A DNA stretch of 64,000 nt, from NCBI GenBank assembly GCA_964016885.1, contig OZ024750.1, forward strand, positions 17,112,001 to 17,176,000. Reading direction: 5' to 3'. A program made the position numbers and the translations under genes. The notes beneath the pieces are model-generated. The model was given only the letters and a program-made list of their open reading frames with translations. It did not search any database and had not been told where the DNA came from. The stretch comes from Eledone cirrhosa (lineage: Eukaryota). Of this stretch, positions 61,507 to 64,000 are shown piece after piece; within the stretch, counting starts at the first letter, position 1; every line of letters starts with the position of its first letter.

Positions 61507-62028
61507 AATTGTTTCTACTTTTGGCACAAGGCTAGCAATTGTTCCAGTGTATTACTGGTACTTTATTTTATCGACCCCCGTAAGGATGAAAGGCAAAGTT
61601 AACCTCGGCGGGATTTGAACTCAGAATGGCAATAATAATAATAATTGTTTCTACTTTTTGGCACAAGGCCAGCAATTACCCCAGTGTATTACTGGTACTT
61701 TATTTTATCGACACCGTAAGGATGAAAGGCAAAGTTAACCTCGGCGGGATTTGAACTCAGAATGGCAAGGGCCATAACTATGCGTCAACGCATGGCGTCC
61801 GACCCTCTACCGATACTGCCAATCCACCGCAAGATTAATAATAATAATTGTTTCTACTTTAGGCACAAGGCCAGCAATTACCCAGTGCATTACTGGTACT
61901 TTATTTTATCGACCCCGTAAGGATGAAAGGCAAATTCAACCTCGGCGGGATTTGAACTCAGATCGTAAAGGGACGTAACTATGCTGGAAAGCATGGCGTC
62001 CGACCCTCTACCGATACTGCCAATCCAC
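61507..62028 (-). mobile_element. Three tandem copies of SINE family 1 (61507-61630 truncated, 61643-61828, 61846-62028)
   Basis: Each matches 6321-6503; separated by (AAT)n. Confidence 0.92.
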
Positions 62029-63257
62029 AATGATATGATGATCATATTGAAACGTCAAAGGAATACTATGTTTTCATTGGATGGCAAGTGGTAGCTATCA
62101 GCCAATAGCAACAGAGATTACGGCGAGACTACACCAGCGGTGATTGCCTAGAGTTGGCCTTAAGTACGACAATATGATTGGCTAGAAGGCAAACACGCTT
62201 TTTTTTTTACCGTTAGGCTCCGCCCCAATTTAGTCGACTAAGGGTACAGTTACGTTAGAACTAATAGTAAGTGAGACAGAGAGACAGGCAGACGTTGTAT
62301 AGCATACTTTCCCGGTGACCATATATTCTGAGTGTATATATGTATGTATGTATAACATGTGTGTATGTTTATATATATTTTGTATATATCTATGTACGTA
62401 CATACGTATCTATGTATGCATACAAGTATGTATATGTTTGCATAAATATATGTATGTGTATGTATGCGTGTATGTATGTATGTTTGAATATATGTATGTC
62501 TGAATGTATGCGTGTTTGCGTATGTATATTTGTATATATATACATATATATTGTTTGCATACACATATGTATGTGTGTGTATGTATGTATGGATGTATGT
62601 ATGTATGTATGGGTGCATGTATGTATGTTTGTGTGTATGCGTGTTTGCGTATGTATATTTGTATATGTGTGTGTGTGTGCGTGTGTGTGTGTGCGCGTGA
62701 GTATGTGCGTGTGTGTGTGTGCATACATATATGTATGTGTATGTATGTATCTATGGATGCATGTATGTATGTTTGTATATATGTATGTTTGTATGTATGT
62801 ATGTTTGTATCTATGCATGTTTGGGTATGTACGTTTGTATATATATGTTTGTATGTATGTATGCGTGTTTGGGTATGTATGGCTGCATATATGTATGTAT
62901 GCATGTTTGGGTATGTATATTTGTATATATACATATATATATATGTGTTTGCATATAAATATATATGTGTATGCATGTGTGTATGGATGTATGATGTATG
63001 ATTGTTTGTATGTTTGTACATATGTATGTGTATGTATGTATGGATGCCTGTATATATGTTTGTATATATGTATGTTTGTATATATGTATGTTTGTATGTA
63101 TACAAAAAAAAAAACTATTTGGATGGCCGTTGACTCTGTTGAGTTCCTCCGCCCTTTGCGGAGACTTGTATTTCATCCCGCAGGGTGTCCAAGCATGCTT
63201 GGTGGGGTTGCCGGTTTAGTCGAGTGCTACTGGTAACATGTAACCCAGTACAACCTG

Positions 63258-63310
<53 letters not shown>

Positions 63311-63354
63311 TGTGTGTGTGTCTGTCTGTGGATGTATGTATGTGGTGGGAGAGT

Positions 63355-63590
63355 ATCGCGTATCTTAAGGGTTAGAGTATTCGGTTGACAATCGTTAGGA
63401 TTTGAGGCTGATTACCGGCAGCAGCTTATATCCCGCAGGAAGAAACGTATTTCACGTTATGTCAGTCCACTCAGCTGGAACATATGATTTGCACAAGTAA
63501 TTCAAAAGACCAATTTTTGTCACACACTTTTTGTCACACTGAATCTCACTAGGAACTATATTAAGTGAATACGTGTCTCCGCACATTAAC
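63355..63590 (+). mobile_element. Old diverged SINE (second family)
   Basis: tatttcacgttatgtcagtccactcagctgg body; tail resembles the reverse complement of 43720-43800. Confidence 0.5.
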
Positions 63591-63963
63591 TGCGAACACT
63601 CATCGTCGTAACCGACTGAGGTCCAGCCAGTACCGGATTTAGGACAAAAGAGGCCCTGTACTAGTTAAGTTATGAGGCCCTAAAACATTTGAAAAATTCA
63701 TCGTAAAAGATTTTTTTTTGCAGGAAGATGCTCTCTCTCCCCTGGCCAACGGGGCCCTGTGCTTAAGCACATCTAAACACAATGGTAAATCCGGCACTGG
63801 GTCCAACATATATATTAATATATGAAATTCCACCTATAGTCTTCTTTTTTTTATATAAAGAGAGAAAGAATTAACTACCCGTATTTCCCAGCATCGAAGA
63901 CGCTACTTTAGACGCTAAAATAAGTCTCAAAAATCTACCATGCGTCCTGGAGGCCGAAGGTCG

Positions 63964-64000
63964 TTGGCAGTATCGGTAGAGGGTCGGACGCCATGCGTTC
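63964..64000 (+). mobile_element. SINE family 1 head, cut by window end
   Basis: ttggcagtatcggtagagggtcggacgccatgc. Confidence 0.85.

Overview
Non-coding, very AT-rich animal DNA. The SINE and microsatellite make-up suggests an octopus/cephalopod intron or intergenic region (inference). Roughly half of the window is (TA)n, (CA)n, (TACA)n or (GA)n microsatellite, and almost all ORFs in the supplied track are translations of these repeats. No host gene can be identified with confidence. The only recognisable protein-coding remnants are the C-terminal GIY-YIG endonuclease of a Penelope-like element (PLE; 17941-18465) and four RTE-clade LINE fragments. Also present: about 11 copies or fragments of one tRNA-derived SINE, other older SINEs, Tc1/mariner-type MITEs, one or two non-autonomous Helitrons, and a 200-N gap flanked by a ~3.3-3.5 kb near-identical duplication, probably both haplotypes. 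The most striking signal is at least six families of short (about 40-370 bp) non-coding cassettes, mostly sitting inside (TA)n tracts. Several carry complete or partial type I hammerhead ribozymes (CUGANGA...GAAAC...GUH), and many copies carry a copy-specific inverted arm that starts at a TA dinucleotide and creates a DNA palindrome. I interpret these as TA-targeted PLE termini or mini-retroelements inserted with twin-priming or fold-back. One insertion is present in only one of the two duplicated copies.
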